Source of the DNA: Clostridia bacterium
GTDB lineage: Bacteria; Bacillota; Clostridia; Oscillospirales; CAG-272
NCBI GenBank assembly: GCA_017505785.1
Contig: JAFVOQ010000047.1
Location: 16,558 to 80,557, forward strand
Length of the DNA: 64,000 nt
Direction of reading: 5' to 3'
The position numbers and the translations under genes were made by a program. Below are positions 1 through 9,600 of this stretch, piece by piece. The notes beneath the pieces are model-generated. The model searched no databases, had not been told where the DNA came from, and worked only from the letters and a program-made list of their open reading frames with translations. The number at the start of each line of letters is the position of its first letter. The stretch's first letter is position 1.

Positions 1-851
1 TCAAATAATGTTGCCAATCTATAATCTTCCTTATATTTGCTTAAACTCATATCGTAAGTGAGGTTGCCAAAAGCCTTGTTGACAAGTCCTGTTATATGGC
101 TCACGATCCTAAGCGCCCATCCAAATCCTTTTACAAGGCAAACATTCTTACCGTGTGAAGCAGCGATCATTTTTATAAGCTCGCTTGTGTTGCTGTATTC
201 CTTGTTTTGAGGCCAGAAAGTTCCGTTCTCTTCATTTTCAAGCATTAAACGGACAAATTCACAAAGATTTCCGATATAAAGCATTGAGCGCTCGTTTTTA
301 ACATATGGGAAAATGGGTGTTTTAAGAGCCAATTTTGCCATGAGAGGATAATTACCCTTGCTTCCTTTTCCGTAAATCATCGGTGGCCTTAATATAACAA
401 CCTTAAAAGCATCGTCGCTTAAAAGTCTAATTCCGTTTTCAGCTTGCACCTTACTATCACCGTAGCAGTTTGCGGGGGAAACCGGGGTATCTTCAGTAAT
501 AACTTTAGACTTTCCGATAGGTGCACTTTCTCCGTAAACTATAGCGCTACTCATGAAAATAAATTGTCTAACTCCGTCCGATTTTGCTTTTTGGGCTGCT
601 TCTACAGCAAGATCGGTATTTACAGCATAGTAAAGCTTTTCTTTTTCGGCACTAATTTTACCGTTATCAGAATGCGCTATGCCTGCAACATGAAAAATAC
701 TATCATATCCCCCAAAATCCATTTCACGCCAAGCACCGTCGATCATATCTACCGTATCGACAGTGTAGCGGTTCGGGAAGTTCTCTTTTACGTATTTTTC
801 AAACGAAGTGCCTATGTAACTGTTTGCTCCGGTGATCAGTATCTTTTTCAT
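1..851 (-). CDS. NAD-dependent epimerase/dehydratase family protein (3' end runs off the window edge)
   Basis: Absent from the ORF track because there is no stop inside the window. My translation from ATG 849-851 gives MKKILITGANSYIGTSFEKYV...FHVAGIAH...MSSAIVYG...CYGDSK (Rossmann glycine motif, SDR-type YxxxK) and stays open to base 1. ATGA start/stop overlap with the upstream transferase. Confidence 0.75.
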   Translation of the reverse strand, partial: MKKILITGANSYIGTSFEKYVKENFPNRYTVDTVDMIDGAWREMDFGGYDSIFHVAGIAHSDNGKISAEKEKLYYAVNTDLAVEAAQKAKSDGVRQFIFMSSAIVYGESAPIGKSKVITEDTPVSPANCYGDSKVQAENGIRLLSDDAFKVVILRPPMIYGKGSKGNYPLMAKLALKTPIFPYVKNERSMLYIGNLCEFVRLMLENEENGTFWPQNKEYSNTSELIKMIAASHGKNVCLVKGFGWALRIVSHITGLVNKAFGNLTYDMSLSKYKEDYRLATLF

Positions 852-1537
852 TTCGCCACCGTATCTTTTTCCTTTTCTGTTTCCTTTTCTTTTTCCTGCT
901 TTTTCATCTCACCTGTACCGCCCTCGACAACACCGTCGGATTTGAGCACACTCACAATCGTACCAAAGAAGCATTTCACATCCATAGCAAATCCCTTGAA
1001 TTTTCCTGCATTCAAAGCGGCAGCATACTCACCGTCAAACTTTGCTTTCACATCAATTTCAAGCTCATCGCGACCGTTGATCTGCGCCCATCCTGTAATA
1101 CCGGGCTTTATATCATTTGCCCCATACTTTTCGCGTTCTGCAACCAGATCGTCCTGTGACCACAAGGCGGGTCTTGGACCAATTACAGATAACTTAGATG
1201 TAAATACCTGATAAATTTGTGGCAACTCATCTAAGCTTGTTTTGCGAATAAAGCGCCCTACACGCGTTATGTACTGTTCCGGATTTTCAAGAAGATGCGT
1301 TGGGGTATCGTGGGGAGTAGACATTTTCATGCTGCGAAACTTCCAGATCATAAAATACGCAATTTCGCCGTTTTTCTTTTTTCCAACACGCTTTTGCTTA
1401 AATAGAACAGGTCCCGGATCATCAATTTTTATAGCAATGGCAATAATCAACATTGGAAATGCCAACACAAGAATAGCAACTCCCGAAAGAATCAAATCAA
1501 TCACTCTCTTAATGAAACGCTTATACATTGACAACAA
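848..1537 (-). CDS. Polyprenyl-phosphate sugar phosphotransferase (PglC/WbaP C-domain type bacterial sugar transferase) with Lys/Glu-rich C-terminal tail
   Basis: ORF track 229 aa. Single N-terminal hydrophobic helix, then KFRSM, DELPQ, IGPRP and GITGWAQ motifs typical of PF02397. Tail is KKQEKEKETEKEKD. Confidence 0.85.
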   Translation of the reverse strand: MLSMYKRFIKRVIDLILSGVAILVLAFPMLIIAIAIKIDDPGPVLFKQKRVGKKKNGEIAYFMIWKFRSMKMSTPHDTPTHLLENPEQYITRVGRFIRKTSLDELPQIYQVFTSKLSVIGPRPALWSQDDLVAEREKYGANDIKPGITGWAQINGRDELEIDVKAKFDGEYAAALNAGKFKGFAMDVKCFFGTIVSVLKSDGVVEGGTGEMKKQEKEKETEKEKDTVAK

Positions 1538-1643
1538 CTCCTATAGAATTTCAATTTCTCTTTTACGGCGCATATAATTTCATCGAAATACACCTTTAAA
1601 CAGGATCCGATTTTCGTGCATCCTAAAAAATACACATTCAAAA

Positions 1644-2171
1644 TTACTGCATTTTTCTCTTATAAACTTCACCACAACAAATTTTTGTCCCAGCCGGAAC
1701 ATGTGAATATCCTTCAACCGTTGCATTACAATCCACATGAACGCCATCACAGCACATACTTGCATGATTTATCACAGCACCTGCAGAAATAATACAACCG
1801 ATTCTTATTACACATCCTGTATGCAGTGCGGCCATGGGCTCAATAATACAGCCTTTTTCGATTTGTGCCGAGGGAGAAACATATGCTTTCGGCGAAACAA
1901 GAGTAACAATTCGGCAGGGCACCTTTTCGCTTAATCTTTGAATTAGGTTAAGTCTCACCCCGGAGTCACCGATCGCAACTATGACGTTGTAATACTCACA
2001 AACCAGATCTTCAATATCAGAAACCTTACCCAAAACCTCTATTCCATCGGGCGTGGTTTTAGCATTATCATCAACAAAAGCAATCTTCTCAAAACACCCC
2101 ATGCTTTCAGCAATTTCTTTTGCGACCAATCCGTAAATACCTGCTCCTACAACCAAAAGATTATCATTCAT
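1644..2171 (-). CDS. Sugar N-acetyltransferase, PglD/NeuD-like (Rossmann-like N-domain plus left-handed beta-helix)
   Basis: ORF track 175 aa. N-terminal LLVVGAGIYG, C-terminal hexapeptide-like repeats (IIEPMAALHTGCVIRIGCIISAGAVINH). Adjacent to the sugar transferase. Confidence 0.75.
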   Translation of the reverse strand: MNDNLLVVGAGIYGLVAKEIAESMGCFEKIAFVDDNAKTTPDGIEVLGKVSDIEDLVCEYYNVIVAIGDSGVRLNLIQRLSEKVPCRIVTLVSPKAYVSPSAQIEKGCIIEPMAALHTGCVIRIGCIISAGAVINHASMCCDGVHVDCNATVEGYSHVPAGTKICCGEVYKRKMQ

Positions 2172-2533
2172 ACTTGCTCCTATTTATCGCGTCCTCCAAG
2201 CAACATCAATTTTTACTTATATATTTATTTTATTATATCATAATAAAAACCAAATAGCAAGTAACTTTTGAAATTTGAAAAAATTGTCGCAATTTATCAA
2301 TAGTTTTTTGCGTTTTTTCGAGGAAAAGCCCCAGAAAGCTGAAAGCAAGCTAAAAATTGGCTTCTTAACGCCCTAACAAAAAGTTAAATATTTAAAATTT
2401 ATTTACAGTTTCGCCAGAAAAATGCAAGTTGTTTGAAGCTTGACTGGTTGTCATTAGGCAAAAAAGCACCGTTACATGAAGATCGCATACGTAAAATATT
2501 ACATATTACACATCGGGCGTTAAAACATCAATG

Positions 2534-2581
2534 CAAAAATGGAGCAAGAGTAAAAGGACAATTTCCTTCTACTCCTGCTCC
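2534..2581 (-). terminator. Intrinsic terminator after the ABC-2 permease gene
   Basis: Minus strand GGAGCAGGAGUAGAAGGA-loop-UCCUUUUACUCUUGCUCC followed by AUUUUU. Starts about 20 nt after the stop at 2603. Confidence 0.65.
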
Positions 2582-2602
2582 TCATGCGTTATTACTTTAA
2601 AT

Positions 2603-3337
2603 TTATGATTGCTTTTTCATCTGGCGCAGGAACAGGAATACGGCTGCAAGAAGTGCCGCGGCGGCGTATCCCATTACCCACCACAGATGCGGAAAAATAT
2701 CGGAAAAGTTACCCTGGATCAACGCACGCTCCATTTCCACGGCATGCACAAAGGGGAGCGCGTATGCAATTTTGCGAAACGCACCGCCGACAAGCTCAAG
2801 ATCAAACCACGTGCCAGACAGCCATGCCGAAAGGTTGGTGAGCAGCGCGCCGCATATACCGCCGACCTGCTTATCGTTCAGAATACTGCCAAAAAGCAGA
2901 CCAAGCGCGACAAACAGAACGGAGATCGGTATGATAAACAGAGTGGCGCAAAGAATATTGACCGTGACGTCAAGCCCCAATATGACCGCAACGAGATAGC
3001 AGCAAATGCTTTGCGCTACGGCAAAGGGAATGATCGGCAGGGTATAGCCGAGGATAAAATCGAGGGGCGTCAACGGTGTTGTATACAAGCGTTGCAGCAG
3101 GCTGCTACTCCGGTCCCTGGCGATAAGGGTTGCGGAAAACAGGGTCATAAAGGAAAGCCCAAACACCGCAATGCCGGGGGATAGATGCGAGATCTCGAAC
3201 AGATCCACAGGGATATTCGCCTGAATTGCGCTTAACAGCAATATCAGCACAAGCGGAAATCCCAGGCCAAAGAAGAGCGTGATAGGGTCACGGATGATCT
3301 CTTTCGCGTTTCTGTTTGCAAACGTCAGCATTCTCAT
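2603..3337 (-). CDS. ABC-2 type transporter permease
   Basis: ORF track 244 aa, about 6 hydrophobic segments. 4-nt overlap with the upstream ATPase gene. Confidence 0.8.
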   Translation of the reverse strand: MRMLTFANRNAKEIIRDPITLFFGLGFPLVLILLLSAIQANIPVDLFEISHLSPGIAVFGLSFMTLFSATLIARDRSSSLLQRLYTTPLTPLDFILGYTLPIIPFAVAQSICCYLVAVILGLDVTVNILCATLFIIPISVLFVALGLLFGSILNDKQVGGICGALLTNLSAWLSGTWFDLELVGGAFRKIAYALPFVHAVEMERALIQGNFSDIFPHLWWVMGYAAAALLAAVFLFLRQMKKQS

Positions 3338-4062
3338 TTCCCCACCCCCTTTACAATTCGAACAAATGCCTGTTCAAAGTTATCGGTATTTGCCACTTCC
3401 TTTATTTTCTCTGCGGTATCACAAAGGAGCAATTTTCCGTCCTTCATAATTGCAACACGGTCACTGAGTGCCTCTGCCTCCTCCATATAGTGCGTAGTTA
3501 AAACGATCGTAATTCTGCCCTTAAGAGAGCGAATGATATCCCAAAGGTCGCTTCTTGCAAGAACGTCAAGTCCCAAGGTAGGCTCGTCAAGAAACAGGAT
3601 CTTTGGCTCACTGATCAGCGCCATTGCTATACTAAGCCGCCTTTGATAGCCGCCCGACAGCTTGCCTGCCTTTTTTTCTATCACGTCGTCAAGCCCGAGA
3701 AGGGCTGTAAGCTCCCCGATCCTTGCGGCACTCTTATCCCTTCCAAAGCCGTGAATGCCGCACATCAGCAGGAGATTTTCCCTCACCGAAAGCCCTCTTG
3801 CCACGGCGGTTTCCTGCGGCGATACCGCTATAAGCGATTTCACTGCCGCAACATCCTTACAAATGCTTTTTCCAAGCAAACAGGCATCACCCTCAGTTGG
3901 CGCAGTTAAGCAGGAAAGCATTTTTATCGTTGTGGTTTTTCCCGCACCGTTTACCCCCAAAAGGGCAAAGAGCTCACCCTGCTTTACAGATAGGGAAAGC
4001 CCGTCCACGGCAATAAGATCCCCATACCGTTTGGTAAGCCCCTCAATTTTAATCGCATCCAT
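3334..4062 (-). CDS. ABC transporter ATP-binding protein (ABC-2/DrrA-like exporter subunit)
   Basis: Walker A GVNGAGKTT, signature LSGGYQRRL, Walker B ILFLDEPT. Confidence 0.9.
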   Translation of the reverse strand: MDAIKIEGLTKRYGDLIAVDGLSLSVKQGELFALLGVNGAGKTTTIKMLSCLTAPTEGDACLLGKSICKDVAAVKSLIAVSPQETAVARGLSVRENLLLMCGIHGFGRDKSAARIGELTALLGLDDVIEKKAGKLSGGYQRRLSIAMALISEPKILFLDEPTLGLDVLARSDLWDIIRSLKGRITIVLTTHYMEEAEALSDRVAIMKDGKLLLCDTAEKIKEVANTDNFEQAFVRIVKGVGK

Positions 4063-4080
4063 TTATTCGCTCTCCTTTGA

Positions 4081-4118
4081 TAGCCGCACGGGAGTCAAAC
4101 CCATAAGCCCTGCGGCGA
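4081..4118. repeat. 38-nt hairpin repeat, copy A (TAGCCGCACGGGAGTCAAACCCATAAGCCCTGCGGCGA)
   Basis: 34/38 identical to the reverse complement of 48188-48225. Outer arms TAGCCGCA/TGCGGCGA pair. Core GGGTTTGA(C/T)TCCC on the minus strand resembles a T-loop hairpin. Ends 8 nt upstream of the ABC ATPase RBS. Confidence 0.8.
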
Positions 4119-4332
4119 TAAATTTTAGTAACTTTTCCCGTGTCAAGTCTTGAAAAGTCTACACTTGTCTGCGCCTTACCGCGGCAAAATCCATCAAAAA
4201 TTTATTTGCCGCAGGGTGTTTCACAGTTTTAAAAGAACAGATTTTTTGTGGAACAAACCCAATTTTTTGAAGAATATACAAATATTTGAGAAGAATTTGG
4301 TGAAGTGCCGCTAAAAATATGCCTTTTAAAAC

Positions 4333-4359
4333 CTTATGTGTTCGATTCCCGTGTGGCTA
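4333..4359. repeat. Partial hairpin-repeat copy C (CTTATGTGTTCGATTCCCGTGTGGCTA), inverted relative to copy A
   Basis: Matches the 3' 27 nt of the repeat unit. Overlaps the last 8 codons and the stop codon of tetR (LATRESNT*). Confidence 0.7.
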
Positions 4360-4906
4360 AGTGCCTTGCTCTGAGCCCCTGATACACATCTGTTATCATA
4401 TTGCTGATAAGCTCCATATCAAGCTCGAGGAACGAGGTGGCAAGCATTGTGCCGATGCCGTGCACGCAGGTCCACATTTCAAGATGCATCAATCTCGCCG
4501 TTTCCTCACTGACGCCGTTTGCCTGCATGATCATTGCAACCGAAGCTTCAAAATCAAGGGTTGGCGTCATTCCCTTTCCCCCTCTGTCACGCATAAACAG
4601 CAGCTTAAAAAGCTCCTTTTCCTCCTTGGCAAAGCGAATATACGCCATGCCAAAGGATTTATACTTAGGATATTTCCCGCTTGCCGCCTCGCTTTGCAAA
4701 AATCCGAGATATTGCTCGTGCGCTGCGGCTATGACAGCATTCTGCAACTCCTCCATGGTTGCAAAATTGGAAAACACGGGCTGTGTGGAGCAGCCGAGGG
4801 CTGTGGCAATGCTTCTTGCGTTAACAGCCTCCGTTCCGTTTTTTTGCAACAGCAGGAGCGCGGTTTTTACGATCTCCTCTTTTGTAATTCTTACTTTAGG
4901 TGGCAT
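4334..4906 (-). CDS. TetR/AcrR family transcriptional regulator
   Basis: N-terminal HTH (TEAVNARSIATALGCSTQPVFSNFATMEEL), about 190 aa. Lies upstream of the ABC-2 exporter pair. Confidence 0.85.
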   Translation of the reverse strand: MPPKVRITKEEIVKTALLLLQKNGTEAVNARSIATALGCSTQPVFSNFATMEELQNAVIAAAHEQYLGFLQSEAASGKYPKYKSFGMAYIRFAKEEKELFKLLFMRDRGGKGMTPTLDFEASVAMIMQANGVSEETARLMHLEMWTCVHGIGTMLATSFLELDMELISNMITDVYQGLRARHLATRESNT

Positions 4907-4947
4907 AAAAAGCTCCTTTGTATACCATTCGTTATATATCGATTGTT

Positions 4948-4976
4948 ATTTTATCACAAAAGAAAGATCTTGTCAA
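4948..4976 (-). promoter_or_regulatory. Sigma-A type promoter for tetR: TTGACA-17-TAAAAT with TG extension
   Basis: Minus strand reads TTGACAagatctttcttttgTGaTAAAAT, about 40 nt upstream of the tetR start. Confidence 0.55.
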
Positions 4977-5041
4977 TAGTAAAAGCAAAAAAGGGCGCCT
5001 TGTTTCATGCTAAGCATCTGAAATAAGGCTGCCCCTTTATA

Positions 5042-6304
5042 TTAACCAAACACACGAATATCTGCACCAAGTGCGCGGAACTTGGTTTCAAGATGCTCGT
5101 AGCCACGCCCTATGGTGGCGGCATTGGTGATCTCGGTGCGCCCCGTAACTGACAGTGCCGCCAAAAGAAGCGCCACACCACCCCTAAGATCGGGAGAGCG
5201 CACCGCCGAGGGGGTTAGTATTTTGGGAAAAAACGTTGCGCGTTCCCCTGCAATTTTAACCGAAGCACCCATTTTTACCAGCTCCTCGGTGTAGCGGAAG
5301 CGATCCTGCCACACGCCCTCAAGCACGTGCCCTTCACCCACAGTACGGCTGCCCAATGCGAAGAGTGCGGCAAACTGCGGATGCAGATCAGTTGGAAATG
5401 CGGGATACGGCCCTGTTTGAATGGTCAATGCGCGACAGCGTGCAGGTGCCTTTAGCGTGATCTGTTTTTTGCCCACTGTTAGTGTGGCTCCCATTTCCCG
5501 TAAGGCATCCAGCACCGCACCGAGGTGCGAGGGCATGACGTTTTTCACGGTAATGCGCCCTCCTGCCGCCATAGCGGCACAAAGATAGGTACCCGCCTCG
5601 ATCATATCGGGAATCACGGCAATTTTACACCCGTGTAAGGGTATTCCGCCCCAAACGGTGAGTGTATCGGTGCCCTGCCCCCGAATTTGTGCACCTGCTT
5701 TGGTGAGAAACTCGCAAAGAGCTACCACGTGCGGCTCGGCAGCCGCGTTTCGAATGACGGTTTTCCCCTTGGCGGCGCACGCCGCCATTAAAATATTGCA
5801 GGTGGCACCGACAGAAGGCATTTTCAGCGTAATATCAGAGCCCGAGAGCCCCCCGCGGGCAACAAGGCACAGCGCGCCGTTCTCGGTATACTCCTCGGCA
5901 CCGAGTGCCGCAAAGCCCATTAAATGCTGATCGATCGGGCGAGAGCCAAAGTCGCAACCGCCAGCCCCGCCAAGCTTTGCCTTACCAAAGCGCCCAAGCA
6001 TGGCACCAAGCAAATACACAGACCCACGAATGGCACCTGTTAAACAAACGCTTGGCAAAGAGGGGCGCATAGGTCCGTAATCAACACAAACATCGCCCCC
6101 CTCAACAAAGCGGATCCTCGCACCGAGTGCACGTAAAATTTCAAGTGTGAGCAACACGTCACTCACGCGAGGCAAGGAGGAAAACACACAACATTCCCCC
6201 GTTAAGATCCCTGCAAACAAAAGGGGCAACGCGGCGTTTTTACTGCCACCGATTTCCACTGCACCAAAAAGTCGCTTGCCACCGTTTACCACGATCTTGT
6301 TCAT
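5042..6304 (-). CDS. murA: UDP-N-acetylglucosamine 1-carboxyvinyltransferase
   Basis: 420 aa. MNKIVVNGGKRLFGAVEIGGSKNAALPLL and EPSP-synthase-fold repeats; full-length colinearity with MurA as I recall it. Confidence 0.93.
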   Translation of the reverse strand: MNKIVVNGGKRLFGAVEIGGSKNAALPLLFAGILTGECCVFSSLPRVSDVLLTLEILRALGARIRFVEGGDVCVDYGPMRPSLPSVCLTGAIRGSVYLLGAMLGRFGKAKLGGAGGCDFGSRPIDQHLMGFAALGAEEYTENGALCLVARGGLSGSDITLKMPSVGATCNILMAACAAKGKTVIRNAAAEPHVVALCEFLTKAGAQIRGQGTDTLTVWGGIPLHGCKIAVIPDMIEAGTYLCAAMAAGGRITVKNVMPSHLGAVLDALREMGATLTVGKKQITLKAPARCRALTIQTGPYPAFPTDLHPQFAALFALGSRTVGEGHVLEGVWQDRFRYTEELVKMGASVKIAGERATFFPKILTPSAVRSPDLRGGVALLLAALSVTGRTEITNAATIGRGYEHLETKFRALGADIRVFG

Positions 6305-6480
6305 ATACGCACCCAGCCTTTCTCAAAAAACACTATCGAGGACAGTATATGAAAATTTTTAAATCGGGGTGACTGACAAGAAGGGCTGATTGCTTCGATG
6401 CAGAAGGCGTGATCTCGGTGGCGTCGGCGTACTATGTACGCCAGACGCCGAGAGCGCGCCTAAAAAACACACATACAATT

Positions 6481-6506
6481 AAAAAATGAAATCCGCAAGG
6501 ATTTCC
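6481..6506 (-). terminator. Second of two tandem intrinsic terminators after purL
   Basis: Minus strand GAAAUCC-UUGC-GGAUUUC followed by AUUUUUU. Confidence 0.6.
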
Positions 6507-6515
6507 ATACATCAG

Positions 6516-6553
6516 AAAAGCCGCCCTCCCCCTTTAGCCAGGAAGAAGACGGC
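6516..6553 (-). terminator. First intrinsic terminator after purL
   Basis: Minus strand GCCGUCUUCUUCC-UGGCUAAA-GGGGGAGGGCGGC (13 bp including G-U pairs that exist only on this strand) followed by UUUUC. Confidence 0.6.
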
Positions 6554-6609
6554 TCTCTTTTTTAGTACTAAAAATAAATCACCGTGTGTTTTTGGTCTGC
6601 GCGAATGAA

Positions 6610-9600
6610 TCAGCCCTTGAAATACTTCACGGCAGACAGGAAGAGCTGCATGTCGTATTCGCCAAGGACATTGCGGTAAAGATTCTTACCGATACGCTCG
6701 CTGTGACCCATTTTACCGAGCACGCGACCGTCGGGAGAAATAATACCCTCGATCGCCGCAACAGAGCCGTTGGGGTTGAAGGCACTGTCCATAGTGGGAT
6801 TGCCTGCAAGATCAACGTATTGCGTTGCGATCTGGCCGTTTGCGGCAAGCTCCTTCACAAGTGCGTCGTCGGCAAGGAAGCGACCCTCACCGTGAGAGAT
6901 CGGTACGGTATAGATATCACCGACATTCGTTGCTGCAAGCCAAGGTGACTTGTTGGTTGCTACACGCGTGCGCACAAGCTTAGACTGGTGACGTCCGATG
7001 ATGTTATACGTGAGCGTGGGGCAGCTTGCATCGGTATCGATGATCTTACCGTAGGGCACAAGACCCAGCTTAATGAGTGCCTGGAAGCCGTTGCAAATAC
7101 CGAGCATCAAGCCGTCGCGCTCGTCAAGCAGGCGCGTGACCTGCTCCTTAACTGCGGGGTTGCGAAAGAATGCGGTAATGAATTTTGCAGAGCCGTCGGG
7201 CTCATCGCCGCCCGAAAATCCGCCGGGGATAAAGACCATTTGACTTTCGGCAAGCTTTTTCGAGATCGTTTCCACGCTTCTTGCCACATCATCGGCAGTC
7301 AGATTGCGGATCACCACGATCTCGGCATCAGCACCTGCGTTCATCAGAGCACGGGCGGAGTCATACTCACAGTTCGTACCCGGGAATACGGGGATCAGCG
7401 CCTTCGGGCGCGCACACTTGACAGCAGGGGCTACATCAAAGCCTTTGGTGTAGCTGAAGGTGGGGGCTGTTTTTTCCTTGGGCTCCGCCTTGGTGGGATA
7501 TACACCCTCAAGCACAGCCTCGTTCATGGCAAGAAGCTCGTCGATAGTGGCCTTGTCGCCTGCGAGGTCAACGACCTCCTCAGCAGTGGTTTCACCAAGC
7601 TTAAAGGCATAGGTGTTCTCCACCTCCTCAGAAAGCTCTGCCACGATAAAGCCGTACATGCCGGCAGCATGCCAGTCATCGCACTGAGCAGACTTAAAGC
7701 CGATCTTGTTACCGAAGGACATCTTCATCACAGCCTCGCCGATGCCGTTTTCCACTGCCCAAGCAGCCTTGACCTTGCCTGCCTTGTGGAGCGCGTAGAA
7801 TGCCTCCCAAGCCGCCTTTTGCGACTCTGCCGTATCCTCATCGGGAGCGAAGAGGTAAACGGGATGACCTGCCGCCTTAAATTCGGGCGTGATCACCTCC
7901 CCTGCATCAATGGGTGCGATCGCAAAGGAAATGAGTGTGGGCGGCACATCCATATCAAGGAAGGTGCCCGACATCGAATCCTTACCGCCGATTGCGGCAG
8001 CACCGAGCTCAAGCTGTGCATCCATTGCACCAAGGAGTGCCGAGAAGGGCTTGCCCCAACGTGTGGGCTCTTGACGGAGCTTTTCAAAGAATTCTTGAAG
8101 CGTGAGATACGCCTTCTTATAATCCGCACCTGCGGCAACAAGCTTTGCCATGGAATGATACACGGCTGCACGTGCGCCCGTGTAGGTATCAATGCTCATG
8201 TGATCGGGATCAAGTGCCCAGGACATCACGCTTGCCTGGTCGGTAAACTCACCGGGCAGAACGGGCAGCAGTGCTGCCATGGATTGTGCAGGTGTCTTTT
8301 GTGTTTTACCGCCAAAGGGCATGGTAACAGATCCTGCACCGATCGAGCCGTCAAAACGCTCCACAAGACCCTGGCGGCTGGCGGTTTTCAGATCGCCTGC
8401 CATCTCGCGAAGCGACGCGTAAAGCGGCGCACTAAGTGCGGCAAGATCCTTCTCGGTCACGTTTACTGCCGTATGCTTATCGGCACCGTTTGTGTTAAGG
8501 AATGCACGGGAAAGATCTGCAATGGTCTGCCCCTTCCAGGTCATAACCATGCGCGCTTCCTCGGTTACAACCGCCACGCGGTATGCCTCAAGGTTCTCAC
8601 TCTCGGCAAAAGCAATAAATTTATCGGCATCCTTTGCTTCAACCACAACAGCCATACGCTCCTGCGACTCGGAAATAGCAAGCTCGGTACCGTCAAGACC
8701 GTCATATTTCTTACGTACAGCATCGAGATCGATCGAAAGACCGTCTGCAAGCTCGCCAATGGCAACCGACACACCGCCTGCGCCAAAGTCATTGCAGCGC
8801 TTAATAAGGCGCGTAACCTCGGCATTGCGGAACAGGCGTTGGATCTTTCTCTCCTCGGGAGCGTTACCCTTCTGCACCTCGGATGCCATGGTGGTAAGCG
8901 ATTTCATATTATGGCTCTTGGAAGAGCCGGTAGCACCGCCAATACCGTCACGGCCGGTTCTGCCGCCCAAAAGGATCACCACGTCACCGGGTGCGGGGCG
9001 CTCACGGCGCACGTTTTTGGCGGGTGCGGCGGCAACCACAGCACCACACTCAAGGCGTTTTGCCATATAACCGTCGTGATAGACCTCGGCAACGTGACCC
9101 GTTGCAAGGCCGATCTGGTTACCGTAAGAAGAATAGCCTGCGGCGGCAGTTTGTGCAAGCTTGCGCTGGGGAAGCTTGCCGGGAATCGTTTCAGAAAGCG
9201 CACGGCGCGGATCGCCGCCACCCGTCACACGCATTGCCTGGTGCACGTAGGCACGACCCGAAAGAGGGTCACGGATACAGCCACCGATACAGGTAGCGGC
9301 ACCGCCAAAGGGCTCGATCTCAGTGGGGTGGTTGTGCGTTTCATTTTTAAACATCAAGAGCCAGTCCTGCTCCTCTCCACTGACATTTGCGGTCACGTGG
9401 ATCGAGCAAGCGTTGATCTCCTCGCTTTCGTCAAGCTCGGGGAGCAACCCACGCTTTTTGAGAACCTTGCCTGCAATGGTGGCAATGTCCATGAGGGTCT
9501 GGGGGCGTTTTGCTGCCTTTTCCTCTCCGTAGACCTCAACGCGTGCGGCAAGGTAGCGCTCGTATGCAGCTGCTACTGCAGGATCATCGATCTTGACATT

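Larger units (their letters stand above)
4081..4359. mobile_element. Candidate MITE-like unit: 27-bp imperfect terminal inverted repeats bracketing an AT-rich 225-bp core
   Basis: 4081-4107 TAGCCGCACGGGAGTCAAACCCATAAG versus the reverse complement of 4333-4359 TAGCCACACGGGAATCGAACACATAAG (23/27). TA dinucleotide at both outer ends. No transposase ORF inside. Confidence 0.3.

Noticed and set aside
4119-4180. Possible promoter for the ABC-2 operon (TTGACA at about 4146-4151 on the minus strand).
   Set aside because: There is no acceptable -10 hexamer at 16-18 nt spacing (best candidates TTTATC/ATTTAT). The operon may be read through from tetR, so I make no call.
6413-6453. Long GC-rich imperfect hairpin (CTCGGTGGCGTCGGCGTAC...GTACGCCAGACGCCGAG) between the purL terminators and murA.
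   Set aside because: It has no U-tract on either strand, no second copy in the window and no similarity to the other repeat families. It may be structural or REP-like, but I cannot support a call.
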